Of a stretch of 64,000 bases of DNA, positions 18,631-27,755 are shown piece after piece (the stretch's first letter is position 1; every line of letters begins with the position of its first letter). Made by a program: the position numbers and the translations under genes. This DNA is from Minisyncoccota bacterium (GTDB lineage: Bacteria > Patescibacteriota > Minisyncoccia > Phycocordibacterales > UBA918). The stretch spans positions 128,002 through 192,001 of the forward strand of contig JAWKSP010000001.1 in the NCBI GenBank assembly GCA_041389025.1. The letters are read 5' to 3'. The notes under the pieces were generated by a model. It was not told where the DNA came from and did not search any database. It was given only the letters and a program-made list of their open reading frames with translations.

Positions 18631-19368
18631 CTAAAGTGTAGCATTTATGCATTGGTTGAAATTTTGTAAGACAGCCAGTGGATCAGTGGCCTCAGTAATA
18701 GGTCGTCCAATCACCAAATAATTCGCTCCATTTTTAAGGGCGACCTCCGGTGTAGCGACTCGCTTTTGATCATCTCGGCTTCCGTCAGACAGACGAATTC
18801 CTGGTGTAACTAAAACAAAATTGTCGCCGACAACCTGTCTTACTACGGAAACTTCTTGCCCAGAACAAACAACTCCATCAAGACCAAAATCTTTAGCTAA
18901 TCTAGCTAAGCGAATCATAGGTAATGACGAGTCTTCAATTCCATTTTCGTTAATCAAGCTTATACCTACTCGCTTCATATCACCGACACTCATACTGGTT
19001 AGTATAGTGACTCCAATGATAAGTGGTTGTTTTTCTTTCTCAATACCACTTATTGAGTCAACAACTGTCCTCAACACTCTTTCTCCACCTAAAGTATGAA
19101 CGCTTACCATCCAAACTCCCAAATCAGTAGCTACTCGTACAGCTTTAGCTACGGTATTTGGAATATCGTGATATTTTAAGTCAAGAAAAATTTCAAAACC
19201 TAATCCCATCAAGTCCTTGACAATAGCAGGGCCTGAGGCGGTAAACAATTCCTTCCCAACTTTTAGACGGCACAGCTTTGGATCTAATCTTTTGGCCATA
19301 CTTACCGCTTCATTGTAGCTGGGAAAGTCCATCGCCACGATTATGCGTTTTTTATATTTAAGGTACAT
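18631..19368 (-). CDS. pyrF: Orotidine-5'-phosphate decarboxylase
   Basis: IIVAMD, LKVGKELF, FLDLKYHDIPNTV, VTILTS, LVTPGIR, VIGRPIT. Confidence 0.95.
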   Translation of the reverse strand: MYLKYKKRIIVAMDFPSYNEAVSMAKRLDPKLCRLKVGKELFTASGPAIVKDLMGLGFEIFLDLKYHDIPNTVAKAVRVATDLGVWMVSVHTLGGERVLRTVVDSISGIEKEKQPLIIGVTILTSMSVGDMKRVGISLINENGIEDSSLPMIRLARLAKDFGLDGVVCSGQEVSVVRQVVGDNFVLVTPGIRLSDGSRDDQKRVATPEVALKNGANYLVIGRPITEATDPLAVLQNFNQCINATL

Positions 19369-19482
19369 TAATAACCCTCCTAAAGTTATGTAACCAAAGT
19401 GCATATTGCCACATAAGACAAAAAAGTAAAAGGGCGACGGCTAAAGCCGTCGCCCTGTTACTTCCTTCCCCCACTCTATCAA

Positions 19483-19902
19483 TTACCTCACCTGCACCTT
19501 AACTTTCTTCTCAGCTGCCTTTTCTCGTTTTGGCATTGTAATCTTAAGTACCCCATCTTTATATTCCGCTTCTACTTTTTCTTGTTCCACCATATCCGGT
19601 AGTTGCACGACTCGTTCAAATGAACCACGTCGAATCTCTTTGACGTAATGACTCTTTTCTTTCTTCTCTTGCATTTCTTCACGCCGACCGGAAATCCGCA
19701 AGTAATTATCCTCCACCTCTACATCAATATCATCTGCTTTCAAACCTGGAACGTTCATCTCGGCTACTAGATTTTGCCCGTCTTCATAAACATCAACTGC
19801 CATATCAAACCCCATCTGACCACCACGCGAAGATAAAGCCGGACTTAAATCTCTAAAAATTCGATCAAATTCATCAAACGGTTCCCATTTTATAAGTGAC
19901 AT
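19483..19902 (-). CDS. Hsp20/alpha-crystallin small heat-shock protein
   Basis: VDVYE, PGLKADDIDV, EIRRGSFERVVQLP, AEYKDGVLKITMPK. Confidence 0.93.
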   Translation of the reverse strand: MSLIKWEPFDEFDRIFRDLSPALSSRGGQMGFDMAVDVYEDGQNLVAEMNVPGLKADDIDVEVEDNYLRISGRREEMQEKKEKSHYVKEIRRGSFERVVQLPDMVEQEKVEAEYKDGVLKITMPKREKAAEKKVKVQVR

Positions 19903-20000
19903 AAAATACTAACTTAAAATATCTGATAAACTATGGCCGACTTGCCATATAAATATTATACGCCTAAAAAATCTAGTTTCAAAAGGTGAAGTCGGCTTCT

Positions 20001-20882
20001 TTAAAATACGTTTAATCCCTTTAAATTATTTCGCAATCGTTGTCTTTCTTCAACAAAATCCGGTTCAGTATAAAAATATCTTATTTTTTGCTCTTCTATG
20101 CTATTACCGCTAGGTATCTCTCCTCGAACAAAAAATACAAAAGTTTCAGCCAGATCCTCATCCACACTGACTGTAGCGTAGTCGCTAACAAACCTATCTT
20201 CGTTATTATTGTAGTACTTGCTCGTGTATGAAAAACGATCTTTAATATCAACTTTTTCAACTGCCAATTGATTAGCAATATCGGCCTCGGTCCAAAATTT
20301 TTCCTTGTAATTCTTTTTAAAGGAAGGATATTTGGTTAGTAAAATATGTAAATATTCGTGTATATATAAATTCACAAAAGACTCGGTGTTTCTTCTATCA
20401 TTGGGTTGATAATTTTCCCGATTAACCCCAACGATCCAGCTAGTCATATTATTTATTGACTCCACATAGGCGCCAGTATCAATCTTCCCATCATAAAAAA
20501 TACGCCACTCACTCACCAAACCATCCACTTCATTCTCCCCTACCACCCCAACAAACAAATCAAAAAGTTTTTCATCATCACTTCGAACAAGTTTAGAGCC
20601 ATCAGAATTCACCAACTTTAAATCATCCACAAAATAAATCGCTTCGTACGGAAAAGTAAAAAATTTTGATTTATAAGGATCTCTAGTCGTATTGGTACTC
20701 GAAATAACCTCCAACCGTTGTTGCAACTCCAAAACTTCCTCCAATAAATTTTGTATTTTAAAGAGCAACTCAATCCTTTCTTCAGATGAAAGTTGGTTGT
20801 CGGCCTTTACTACATTTGGTATCACACTAAAAACCAAAATAAGACTAAAAATAATCAGTACGGCTGTTTGTTTGATTATCAT
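20001..20882 (-). CDS. Secreted putative zinc metallopeptidase
   Basis: Signal peptide from MIIKQ; HEYLH, FVSDYA, EDLAETF. Confidence 0.75.
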   Translation of the reverse strand: MIIKQTAVLIIFSLILVFSVIPNVVKADNQLSSEERIELLFKIQNLLEEVLELQQRLEVISSTNTTRDPYKSKFFTFPYEAIYFVDDLKLVNSDGSKLVRSDDEKLFDLFVGVVGENEVDGLVSEWRIFYDGKIDTGAYVESINNMTSWIVGVNRENYQPNDRRNTESFVNLYIHEYLHILLTKYPSFKKNYKEKFWTEADIANQLAVEKVDIKDRFSYTSKYYNNNEDRFVSDYATVSVDEDLAETFVFFVRGEIPSGNSIEEQKIRYFYTEPDFVEERQRLRNNLKGLNVF

Positions 20883-21005
20883 ACAGGTATTATAACCTTG
20901 TTTTAAAATAGACGCTTTACGCAAAAGTTGTTTAGAATTTACTAAAACATACCTGAATCTACCCCCCCGCGACAAATTCAACAACCTAAACTGATTCCAG
21001 TCGTC

Positions 21006-21332
21006 TTGAAGTTGAAAGATATTTACCGCATATGGCAGGAATATCTGATATCTTTTCCTAAGCAAAACCGCTACACACTCGGTAACAAAATTGACGAAGT
21101 GTTTTTACTCGCTATCGAGTACTGCTTCTTAGCTAGTTACGCCAGCAAAGACACAAAGCTGATTCACCTTGAACGCTGTATATCACGAGTTGATTTGTTG
21201 AAATTGTTACTCCAACTAGCCTGGGAAATACACGCACTTGATACTAAAAAATACGCAGTGCTTGGAGAACAGTTACAAGAAGTTGGTCGGATGCTCGGTG
21301 GTTGGAAGAAAGGTATTGAAAGTAAACGATGA
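21006..21332 (+). CDS. avd: DGR accessory variability determinant (Avd)-like four-helix bundle
   Basis: FPKQNRYTLGNKID...LQEVGRMLGGWKK; adjacent to TR. Frame stays open upstream to an ATA at 20949. Confidence 0.88.
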   Translation: MKLKDIYRIWQEYLISFPKQNRYTLGNKIDEVFLLAIEYCFLASYASKDTKLIHLERCISRVDLLKLLLQLAWEIHALDTKKYAVLGEQLQEVGRMLGGWKKGIESKR

Positions 21333-21350
21333 AATGAAATGAAATTTATT

Positions 21351-21392
21351 CGTCCAGCAATTTCTTCTAGAAATGGAAGAAATTGCTGGACG
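21351..21392. terminator. Perfect 17-bp-arm hairpin between convergent avd and TR
   Basis: cgtccagcaatttcttc / gaagaaattgctggacg. Confidence 0.65.
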
Positions 21393-21474
21393 TAAATTCG
21401 CAATATTCGCTTGCGCTCGTTTGCTCATTTAAAAAACTCCCCACCAAAGTGAGGAGAAAACTTTTGAGTTGCTT

Positions 21475-21573
21475 GAGAACACGGTTACCGTCATTCCACT
21501 GGTTAGCGTTAGCCGGATTGACGTTGACGTTCCAGTCGTCACCATTCCGATTGACGTTGACGTACAACACCTG
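21475..21573 (-). ncRNA. DGR template repeat (TR)
   Basis: 99-bp ungapped match to VR; rich in AAC/AAT codons (reads QVLYVNVNRNGDDWNVNVNPANANQWNDGNRVL). Confidence 0.95.
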
Positions 21574-21820
21574 TTCGTATGTGACACCACCCATCCGTAC
21601 CACCAGCATTTGATAGAAAACTAACAAACGCTTGTATTTTATGCAGGACATCAAAGTCCTCCAGATAGTATCACCAACTGCTTAATGTTTTTTTCAGATT
21701 TATACAAACTACACTCACCACAACCTTGATCATAGTGACTCTGAGTATTGCATGAAACCAAAACCCGCTGTCAAAGCCTTGACCGTGACATAATACGAAT
21801 TTCATTATTAGTATACAAAA

Positions 21821-21851
21821 GTCTCTTGAACACGCGAAGTATCCAAGAGAC
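21821..21851 (-). promoter_or_regulatory. Hairpin 30 nt downstream of the target stop (DGR homing hairpin and/or terminator)
   Basis: Minus strand gtctcttggatac-ttcgc-gtgttcaagagac followed by tttt. Confidence 0.55.
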
Positions 21852-21880
21852 GAAGGGTCAAAGGACCGAAGGACTCATGT

Positions 21881-22531
21881 CTAAGTGGCAGTTACCGAGA
21901 GAACACGGTAACCGTCACGCCACTGGCAAGCGAGAGCCGGACCGACGTAGACGCCCCAGTCGCCACCAATCCGAAAGACGTTGACGTACAACACCTGCTT
22001 CGAATTCTCCGGGTTACAGATGTAGCCAATATTGGCCTTGCCGTCGGTGTGCAGGTCGCCCGAACCATCCTCGGCATTATCGATCAACTGACCAATTATC
22101 AAATCCATCAGTGGAACCGAGTTGACGACTACGGCTTCACCCAGCTCACTGATAATCCCCGGCCTATCATCCGTATCAAGATCAGCCAGGGGTTCATTAA
22201 GATCACACCACTCAAGCGTTCGCTCTTTAGCCTCCGGCATTTCATAATCTTCTCCACCGAAAATCTTGTCCGCCATGCCGTAAAAGTAGACATTGCGATG
22301 TTTCAGTCGTTTCGGCTTTTTGACCGCTGACAGAGTGATGACGGTCGGGGCGGTGAGGCAAGATTTGATCGTCACCTCGGCACGACCTTGAAGAACAGGC
22401 AGGATTTTATACCACATGTCTTCATGGGCAAGTTTTGCCCATTCTGCTTGACCAGCACCAGCTTTACGACCAGTCACAACGACCTCGTGTATGAGGCCAA
22501 AATCTTTTCCAAATTCAGACGCACTGCTCAT
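21881..22531 (-). CDS. DGR target protein with C-terminal variable repeat (probable CLec-type fold)
   Basis: VR 21899-21997 encodes QVLYVNVFRIGGDWGVYVGPALACQWRDGYRVL; strong AGGAGG RBS; higher GC than flanks. Confidence 0.92.
   Translation of the reverse strand: MSSASEFGKDFGLIHEVVVTGRKAGAGQAEWAKLAHEDMWYKILPVLQGRAEVTIKSCLTAPTVITLSAVKKPKRLKHRNVYFYGMADKIFGGEDYEMPEAKERTLEWCDLNEPLADLDTDDRPGIISELGEAVVVNSVPLMDLIIGQLIDNAEDGSGDLHTDGKANIGYICNPENSKQVLYVNVFRIGGDWGVYVGPALACQWRDGYRVLSVTAT
21899..21997 (-). repeat. DGR variable repeat (VR)
   Basis: 16 mismatches to TR, all at TR adenines (coding strand). Confidence 0.95.
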
Positions 22532-22713
22532 AGCAACACACCTCCTAATTATATTCGCCAGTGGGCTCCTAAGTTTTTAGGTTTTTAGGTTTACCATAGC
22601 TTCAAATCAACAAGAGTTTGCGGACTTAAAGCTATGGTAAATATGAAAAGAACAACGCGTCAACTATAACACTTTTACTGTTATTAGTCAATACTTGCAA
22701 CCTGAATTCTCAC

Positions 22714-22968
22714 TCAATACAGCTGGCTATGAGTACCAATATTCACAAGCACCACAGTGTCGCTTTCTTTTTTGTAGTGGACTCTTATGTCACCAGTTAC
22801 ATCAATACTTCTTAAAATTTTGTACTTGCCTAAAAGTGTATGATTATTCAGAGAAGAGTGGAACTCGTCCTCTGAAAATTGCTGTATTACGATCTTGAAC
22901 TTTGCCTGAGTGCTTTTTGATTGTTTGGAAAAAGCTTTCTGAAACTTCTTATGAAAAACGATTTTCAT
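22714..22968 (-). CDS. RelE/YafQ-family mRNA interferase toxin
   Basis: MKIVFHKKFQKAF...LNNHTLLG...RSIDVTGDIR...IGTHSQLY. Confidence 0.88.
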   Translation of the reverse strand: MKIVFHKKFQKAFSKQSKSTQAKFKIVIQQFSEDEFHSSLNNHTLLGKYKILRSIDVTGDIRVHYKKESDTVVLVNIGTHSQLY

Positions 22969-22969
22969 A

Positions 22970-23242
22970 CTACTCTTGAAGTGCTTTCATAAGATCGGTG
23001 ACACTGGTAAAGGTTGGGGAAAGATTTCTACCTGCCTTGATATCACGCAAGATCTTCTCGTATTCCTTTTTTGTTTTCTCATTAAGCTCTGGTTCAACAC
23101 TGAGAACCAATCTTCGCTCGCGTATAAAATTCTTAAGCATACTGTTAACAACAGCACTGAAAGACACTCCCAGTTCACCCGCGAGTTTTGTTGCTTCTTT
23201 CTTTACTTCTTTATCTAATTTGATACTTGTTGTAGTCTTCAT
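22970..23242 (-). CDS. RelB/DinJ-family antitoxin
   Basis: RHH-like IKLDKEVKKEA...LGVSFSAVVN..LKNF, C-terminal SPTFTSVTDLMKAL; directly upstream of the toxin. Confidence 0.85.
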   Translation of the reverse strand: MKTTTSIKLDKEVKKEATKLAGELGVSFSAVVNSMLKNFIRERRLVLSVEPELNEKTKKEYEKILRDIKAGRNLSPTFTSVTDLMKALQE

Positions 23243-23346
23243 ATACTACTTAGTATATAGTTTGTAATTTCTGTGTCAAGCGGCTTTGCTTTTGACCTAA
23301 TTTTTAATGAGCTTGCGACTATAAAAATGAAAATGCTCTTGTGGGG

Positions 23347-23618
23347 CAACTCCAGACGCAAGCAAAACTATTTGCTTGCTTCCTAGACACAAAAAGTCGG
23401 CTAAACTCCGACTTTATTTTGTGGGGTCAAGTTACTAAGTAAAATTTTTCACTACGTTCAAATTTTACTAAGTACTTGCTCCCCCGACTCGACCTTTTTC
23501 TTCTCTAGGAAGGAGAAGAAAACATGTCTCCGCCCGACACAAAGGTACGTAAGCCAAGCAGTTGGCTTACTATAAAAACCGGCTATGATAATAATCACAG
23601 CCGGTTTTTATACCTTTG
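23347..23618 (-). repeat. tRNA-3'-associated structured element, tRNA-Leu copy
   Basis: Core GGCGGAGACATG...GTCGAGTCGGGG...CTTAGT...CCACAAAA (23417-23540) shared with copies at 30.9 and 35.5 kb; interrupted inverted copy of the tRNA 3' end at 23347-23393. Confidence 0.85.
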
Positions 23619-23703
23619 TGTCCAGGACTGGAGTTGAACCAGCACGGGAATAATTCCCACTACCCCCTCAAGGTAGCGCGTCTACCAGTTTCGCCACCTG
23701 GAC
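23619..23703 (-). tRNA. tRNA-Leu(GAG)
   Basis: gtccagg acceptor, ctacc-ttGAGgg-ggtag, long variable arm, GTTCAA T-loop; no encoded CCA. Confidence 0.93.
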
Positions 23704-23818
23704 AGTTATGTCTCTATTTAGAAAATAAAGCCCCTGCATTATGCCTGAAAAGGTAAGTCACTTCAAGTTAAAAGGCCCACAAGCGAAGCTTGTGGGCCTT
23801 TTCTTTTTTCTAAATCAA

Positions 23819-24403
23819 TTAGTCCTTCTTTTCTTCGGTCGTCTCTTCTCTTACCTCCTCTTTAACTTCATCTTTTGATTCTTCAGGAGTTTCTACCGCC
23901 TCAGCTTTAGCTACTTCTTCTTTGGCTTTCTCTTCAGCTTCTTTAGCTTCTTTCTCTTTTAGTTCCGCTTCCTCAAGAGCCTTGGCTTCAGCTGCCGCTC
24001 GCACCGCAGCTTCTGCTTCCGACTCAGTAGCCAAACTAAGAAATGAAGTTCGACGCATTTGTCGTTTAATCTCACGAGCCACCTTCTCACGGATGTAATA
24101 AAGCTTAGAGCGACGCACTTTAGCTCGCTTTACAATCTCAAGCTTGTCTATAAGTGGTGAATAAAGCGGGAAGATTTTTTCCACCCCGACACCACTGGCG
24201 ACTTTTCGTACTGTAAAAGTAGCTCCTGGCTCATCGCCATGCTTGCGGGCTAGCACCAAACCTTCAAAGATCTGAATACGAGTTTTACCCTTATCTTGAA
24301 TTTTTTGATGAACGCGCACAGTGTCTCCGGCACGAATACCCAGACCGCGTCGTTCCTCCATATTTACCGGTGAAATATTCACCCCTGTTACTGCTGTTTT
24401 CAT
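23819..24403 (-). CDS. rplS: 50S ribosomal protein L19 with acidic C-terminal extension
   Basis: GDTVRVHQKI, RIQIFEGLV, TFTVRKVASGVGVEKIFP, VRRSKLYYIR. Confidence 0.96.
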   Translation of the reverse strand: MKTAVTGVNISPVNMEERRGLGIRAGDTVRVHQKIQDKGKTRIQIFEGLVLARKHGDEPGATFTVRKVASGVGVEKIFPLYSPLIDKLEIVKRAKVRRSKLYYIREKVAREIKRQMRRTSFLSLATESEAEAAVRAAAEAKALEEAELKEKEAKEAEEKAKEEVAKAEAVETPEESKDEVKEEVREETTEEKKD

Positions 24404-24462
24404 ATAATTTATTACTAAACTCTAGAAGCGTTTAAGCGTGCCATAATCTACCACATACCTCT

Positions 24463-25239
24463 CTACTCTGCAATACGCTCGGCCGCTATTTCAAAATCAA
24501 TTGGTAAAGGAGCAATGAAACGCCTTTCTTCTCCATTTGGCAATGTAATCTCTAATATATGAGAGTGAAGTGCCAGTCTGGTTAATTCAAGGTTATTTGA
24601 ATCTTTCATTTTGTAATCAGCATAAAGCTCATCTCCGACAATCGGTCGATCAATCGCTCTTAAATGCACTCTTAGCTGATGAGTTCGACCTGTCTCTGGC
24701 TTTAGCTTAAGATAAGAAAAAGATTCACCCTCATATTCACCAACTCCGATTCTTTCAAAATGAGTAACAGCTGGTCGTAAAGTTCCTTTAGCTCCTTTTA
24801 AGGCTGAACGTTTTTTAAAATCCTTCGCACTACGACCAATCGGTCGATTGATAGTACCCCAACGGTCATGAATTCGTCCATACACAAAAGCTCGGTATTC
24901 TTTTTTTGCCAACCGATCGTGAAATTGAGCTTTAAGGAAAGCATGGGCTTCATTGGTCTTAGCCATAACCATCACCCCAGATGTCTCACGATCCAGTCGA
25001 TGCACCACCCCCGAACGCTCAAGTAAAGTACCGTCCGGTTTTTTTGACTCCTCCCCCACTCCTTTAGCGTCAGGGCACAAAGATAAAAACCAATCGACCA
25101 CCGTATCTTTGATACCAGAAGTCCAGTCCTCATGTACCAACATACCGTAAGGTTTATTGACCACCGCTACCGCTTCATCTTCATATAAAACAACCGGCGC
25201 CACCACCTTATCTACCAATTCGTCTTTTCCTTTTTCCAT
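24463..25239 (-). CDS. RluA-family pseudouridine synthase
   Basis: VNKPYGMLVH, VHRLDRETSG, TGRTHQLRVH, PIVGDELY; start moved to MEKGKD. Confidence 0.92.
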   Translation of the reverse strand: MEKGKDELVDKVVAPVVLYEDEAVAVVNKPYGMLVHEDWTSGIKDTVVDWFLSLCPDAKGVGEESKKPDGTLLERSGVVHRLDRETSGVMVMAKTNEAHAFLKAQFHDRLAKKEYRAFVYGRIHDRWGTINRPIGRSAKDFKKRSALKGAKGTLRPAVTHFERIGVGEYEGESFSYLKLKPETGRTHQLRVHLRAIDRPIVGDELYADYKMKDSNNLELTRLALHSHILEITLPNGEERRFIAPLPIDFEIAAERIAE

Positions 25240-25900
25240 ATTGCTCAAGAATACCGACAAATTCAGTTTTTGTAAAAGCGGGCCAGTTGGTGTCAATAAA
25301 AAAGAATTCGCTGTAGACTGACTGCCAAGGTAAAAAGTTTGATAAACGATGTTCCCCACTGGTACGAATTATTATGTCTGGATCAGGCATACCGACAGTC
25401 CAAAGTAATTTTAAAAATTCTTCTTCTTTAATTTTCTTTCCTTGTTCGATCGCCTTGTTTACCGCCATCATTATTTCTGCTCGACCGCCATACGATATAG
25501 CCAACCAAACAGTAGTTTTGTATTTCATTTCTGTCACCTCCAATTCCCCAATCATTCTTTGGATATCATCAGGCAAATCGACTCGCCGACCAATTATTCT
25601 TACATTCACCTTTCGCTTCTCTGAATCTTCCTTAATTTTTCGCAACATCTGACGAAACAGATCCATTAAATAGCCAACCTCGGTTTTATCACGTTGCCAA
25701 TTCTCAGTTGAGAAAGCATAAAAAACACCGTGTGGAATTTCTTCCTCCACCAACCAATCCACCACATCCAAAAATTTCTCCTTACCAGCCAAATGACCGG
25801 CAAGAGTACTTTGTTCTCGCTCTTTGGCAAATCGTCGGTTACCATCCATAATGAAACCAACACATCGAACGCTGATCTTGGCTAAATTTTTATCACTCAT
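25208..25900 (-). CDS. uppS: Undecaprenyl/polyprenyl diphosphate synthase
   Basis: IMDGNRRFA, YAFSTENW, YGGRAEI, PDIIIRTSGEHRLSNFLPWQ. Confidence 0.95.
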   Translation of the reverse strand: MSDKNLAKISVRCVGFIMDGNRRFAKEREQSTLAGHLAGKEKFLDVVDWLVEEEIPHGVFYAFSTENWQRDKTEVGYLMDLFRQMLRKIKEDSEKRKVNVRIIGRRVDLPDDIQRMIGELEVTEMKYKTTVWLAISYGGRAEIMMAVNKAIEQGKKIKEEEFLKLLWTVGMPDPDIIIRTSGEHRLSNFLPWQSVYSEFFFIDTNWPAFTKTEFVGILEQYGKRKRRIGR

Positions 25901-25903
25901 ACT

Positions 25904-26176
25904 TTAGTTCAACACCGAAAAATCATCGTAGGTTACCAAAGCAGTTCGCCACTCTACCGACACTCCCTCCACTTTCGCCAAAAGCGAACCTTCATGAAGA
26001 TACTCTACCAACTCTTTTAAACCGTCAGGTTCACCCTGTGCCACTACCAAGACCGAACCATCACTTTGATTCTTCACATAACCAACCAGTCCAAGCTCTC
26101 CAGCGGAATTTTGCACATAATCACGAAACCTCACGCCTTGTACCTTGCCGGTAACATTTGCTCTCATCTCAATCAT
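25904..26176 (-). CDS. acyP: Acylphosphatase
   Basis: VTGKVQGVRFR, GYVKNQSDGSV. Confidence 0.92.
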   Translation of the reverse strand: MIEMRANVTGKVQGVRFRDYVQNSAGELGLVGYVKNQSDGSVLVVAQGEPDGLKELVEYLHEGSLLAKVEGVSVEWRTALVTYDDFSVLN

Positions 26177-26295
26177 AAATATAAGTGTCAGTATACAATT
26201 TTTGATTTAGATATTGAAATTATTTAAAAAAAATGTAGTATATAGCCTACTAACAGTTGCTACCTAGACGAAGTCGAAATTGTTACGTGAAAGAT

Positions 26296-26368
26296 GCGCG
26301 ATTAGCTCAGTTGGTAGAGCAGCTCGTTTACACCGAGAAGGTCGGGAGTTCAAGTCTCTCATCGCGCA
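26296..26368 (+). tRNA. tRNA-Val(TAC)
   Basis: gcgcgat acceptor, AGCTCAGTTGGTAGAGC D-arm, ctcg-ttTACac-cgag, GTTCAA. Confidence 0.95.
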
Positions 26369-26558
26369 CATTAGATGGCCCGCTTTGCGGGCTTTTCTAA
26401 TGTGCGCGATAGCAAGCAAATTTCTTTGCTTGCGTGAGGACTTGAAAGACGGAGCGGTGAGGAAGAATGACGAACAAGCGAGTCGGCTATGAAAAAGCTG
26501 TGAACAACTAAAATATTAAGTTTTCTAACCCTTTCTATTTTTTGATAAGATATTATGA

Positions 26559-26735
26559 GAGACTTTGGCAACACGAAGGTAATCAAGTATCCTTCACACT
26601 TGGTTTCGTAACCCATGCGGCTATCCGTGCTAAAAGCACAAGGTGTCATACGTATTACGGGGTCTCAATCGGGGTCACGGTGTCACAGCACCACCCTCGC
26701 TACGAGATCTCCACTCTTCGTGTTGCCAGAATCTC
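26559..26735 (-). ncRNA. Putative bridge/seekRNA of the IS110 element
   Basis: ~20-bp closing stem; two internal loops carry guides matching the target (AGCGAG, GACCCCGA) and the donor junction (ATGACA, ATAGCCG). Confidence 0.8.
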
Positions 26736-27755
26736 CCATATCAGAAAAGGTCCGAAAGGGCTCTTTCTTTTAACCAGATACCACATGATAGTGAGCATCT
26801 TTCGAGCTAAAGCAACTCCGAGCCACCTTAGAACCCTTTTTATCTTTGATTCTCGAATAGAATGTATATAACCTACCGGCTGAAGGTCTGATCTGACAGG
26901 CTGCTTCCACCATAATAGATCGCAGAAACGGTGAGCCTTTTCTGGTAATGTGTCCAAATCGCAACTTCCCTCCAGAAGAATGAGATGAGGATACTAATCC
27001 AGCGTAACTCGCTAACTGTTCTGGAGTCTTGAATCTTTCAAAATCTCCAACTTCAGCAATAATGGTTAGAGCGGTTAGTTCAGCTACACCAGGTATACTC
27101 ATCAATACCTTGGCACGTTCATCTATTTTAGCTTTTGATTTGATAATAACATCAAGTTCTTTGACTTCACTATTCACAAAATCAATGGTTTTTATTAATG
27201 ATTCAACCTCTTTTTATATAACTTATGGAAAACCTGATTCTTGATCCAGAGTTGTCCTTGTTTTCCAAACAGGTCAGTAACAGGACTTTCTAAACCATGT
27301 TTCCAGAGAATGCTATGGACTCGATTCTTAGTTCTGGTTCGTAAACGAATATAGAACATTCGCCAACGTACCAACTCACGCAGGTCTCTAACAGCCGGTG
27401 GTGCTAGGTATGCAGTGGCGATAAAATCTATACGAAGTAGTTCAGCGATAATTTCCGAGTCAACCTTATCGTGTTTAAGTCGACTTGCTGCAATAAGTTT
27501 AGTCTTAGCCGGATCTATCAGTTTAACTGTTATTCCAGTACTCTCCAGTACTTCAGCAAACCAACCCCATTGTGATACCGGTTCAATTCCGGCACATACT
27601 TTACTTATATTGATTGGTATCTGTTTTAGAGTAATAAGAGTATCTTGTTTGGTGGTTGGTACCTTACCTTGAAAAATTCTATTCTTATTTGAATCAATAA
27701 GTGTCCAATATCCGAAGGATTTATGCAGATCAATTCCTAAATAATATTCATTCAT
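26700..27755 (-). pseudogene. IS110 transposase with two 1-nt frameshifts
   Basis: YLGIDLHK, KHDKVDS, LMSIPGVA, YAGLVSSSHSSGG, VALARK distributed over three ORFs; shifts near 27213 (A5 run) and near 26819. Confidence 0.88.

Noticed and set aside
20883-21065. N-terminal extension of the 354-aa peptidase ORF as an RT remnant
   Set aside because: No RT motifs; it is antisense to the avd 5' region and the signal peptide starts at 20882.
21367-21654. 95-aa ORF containing VNVNRNGDDWNVNVN
   Set aside because: It is the DGR template repeat read in frame; AAY-rich TRs are often open but act as RNA.
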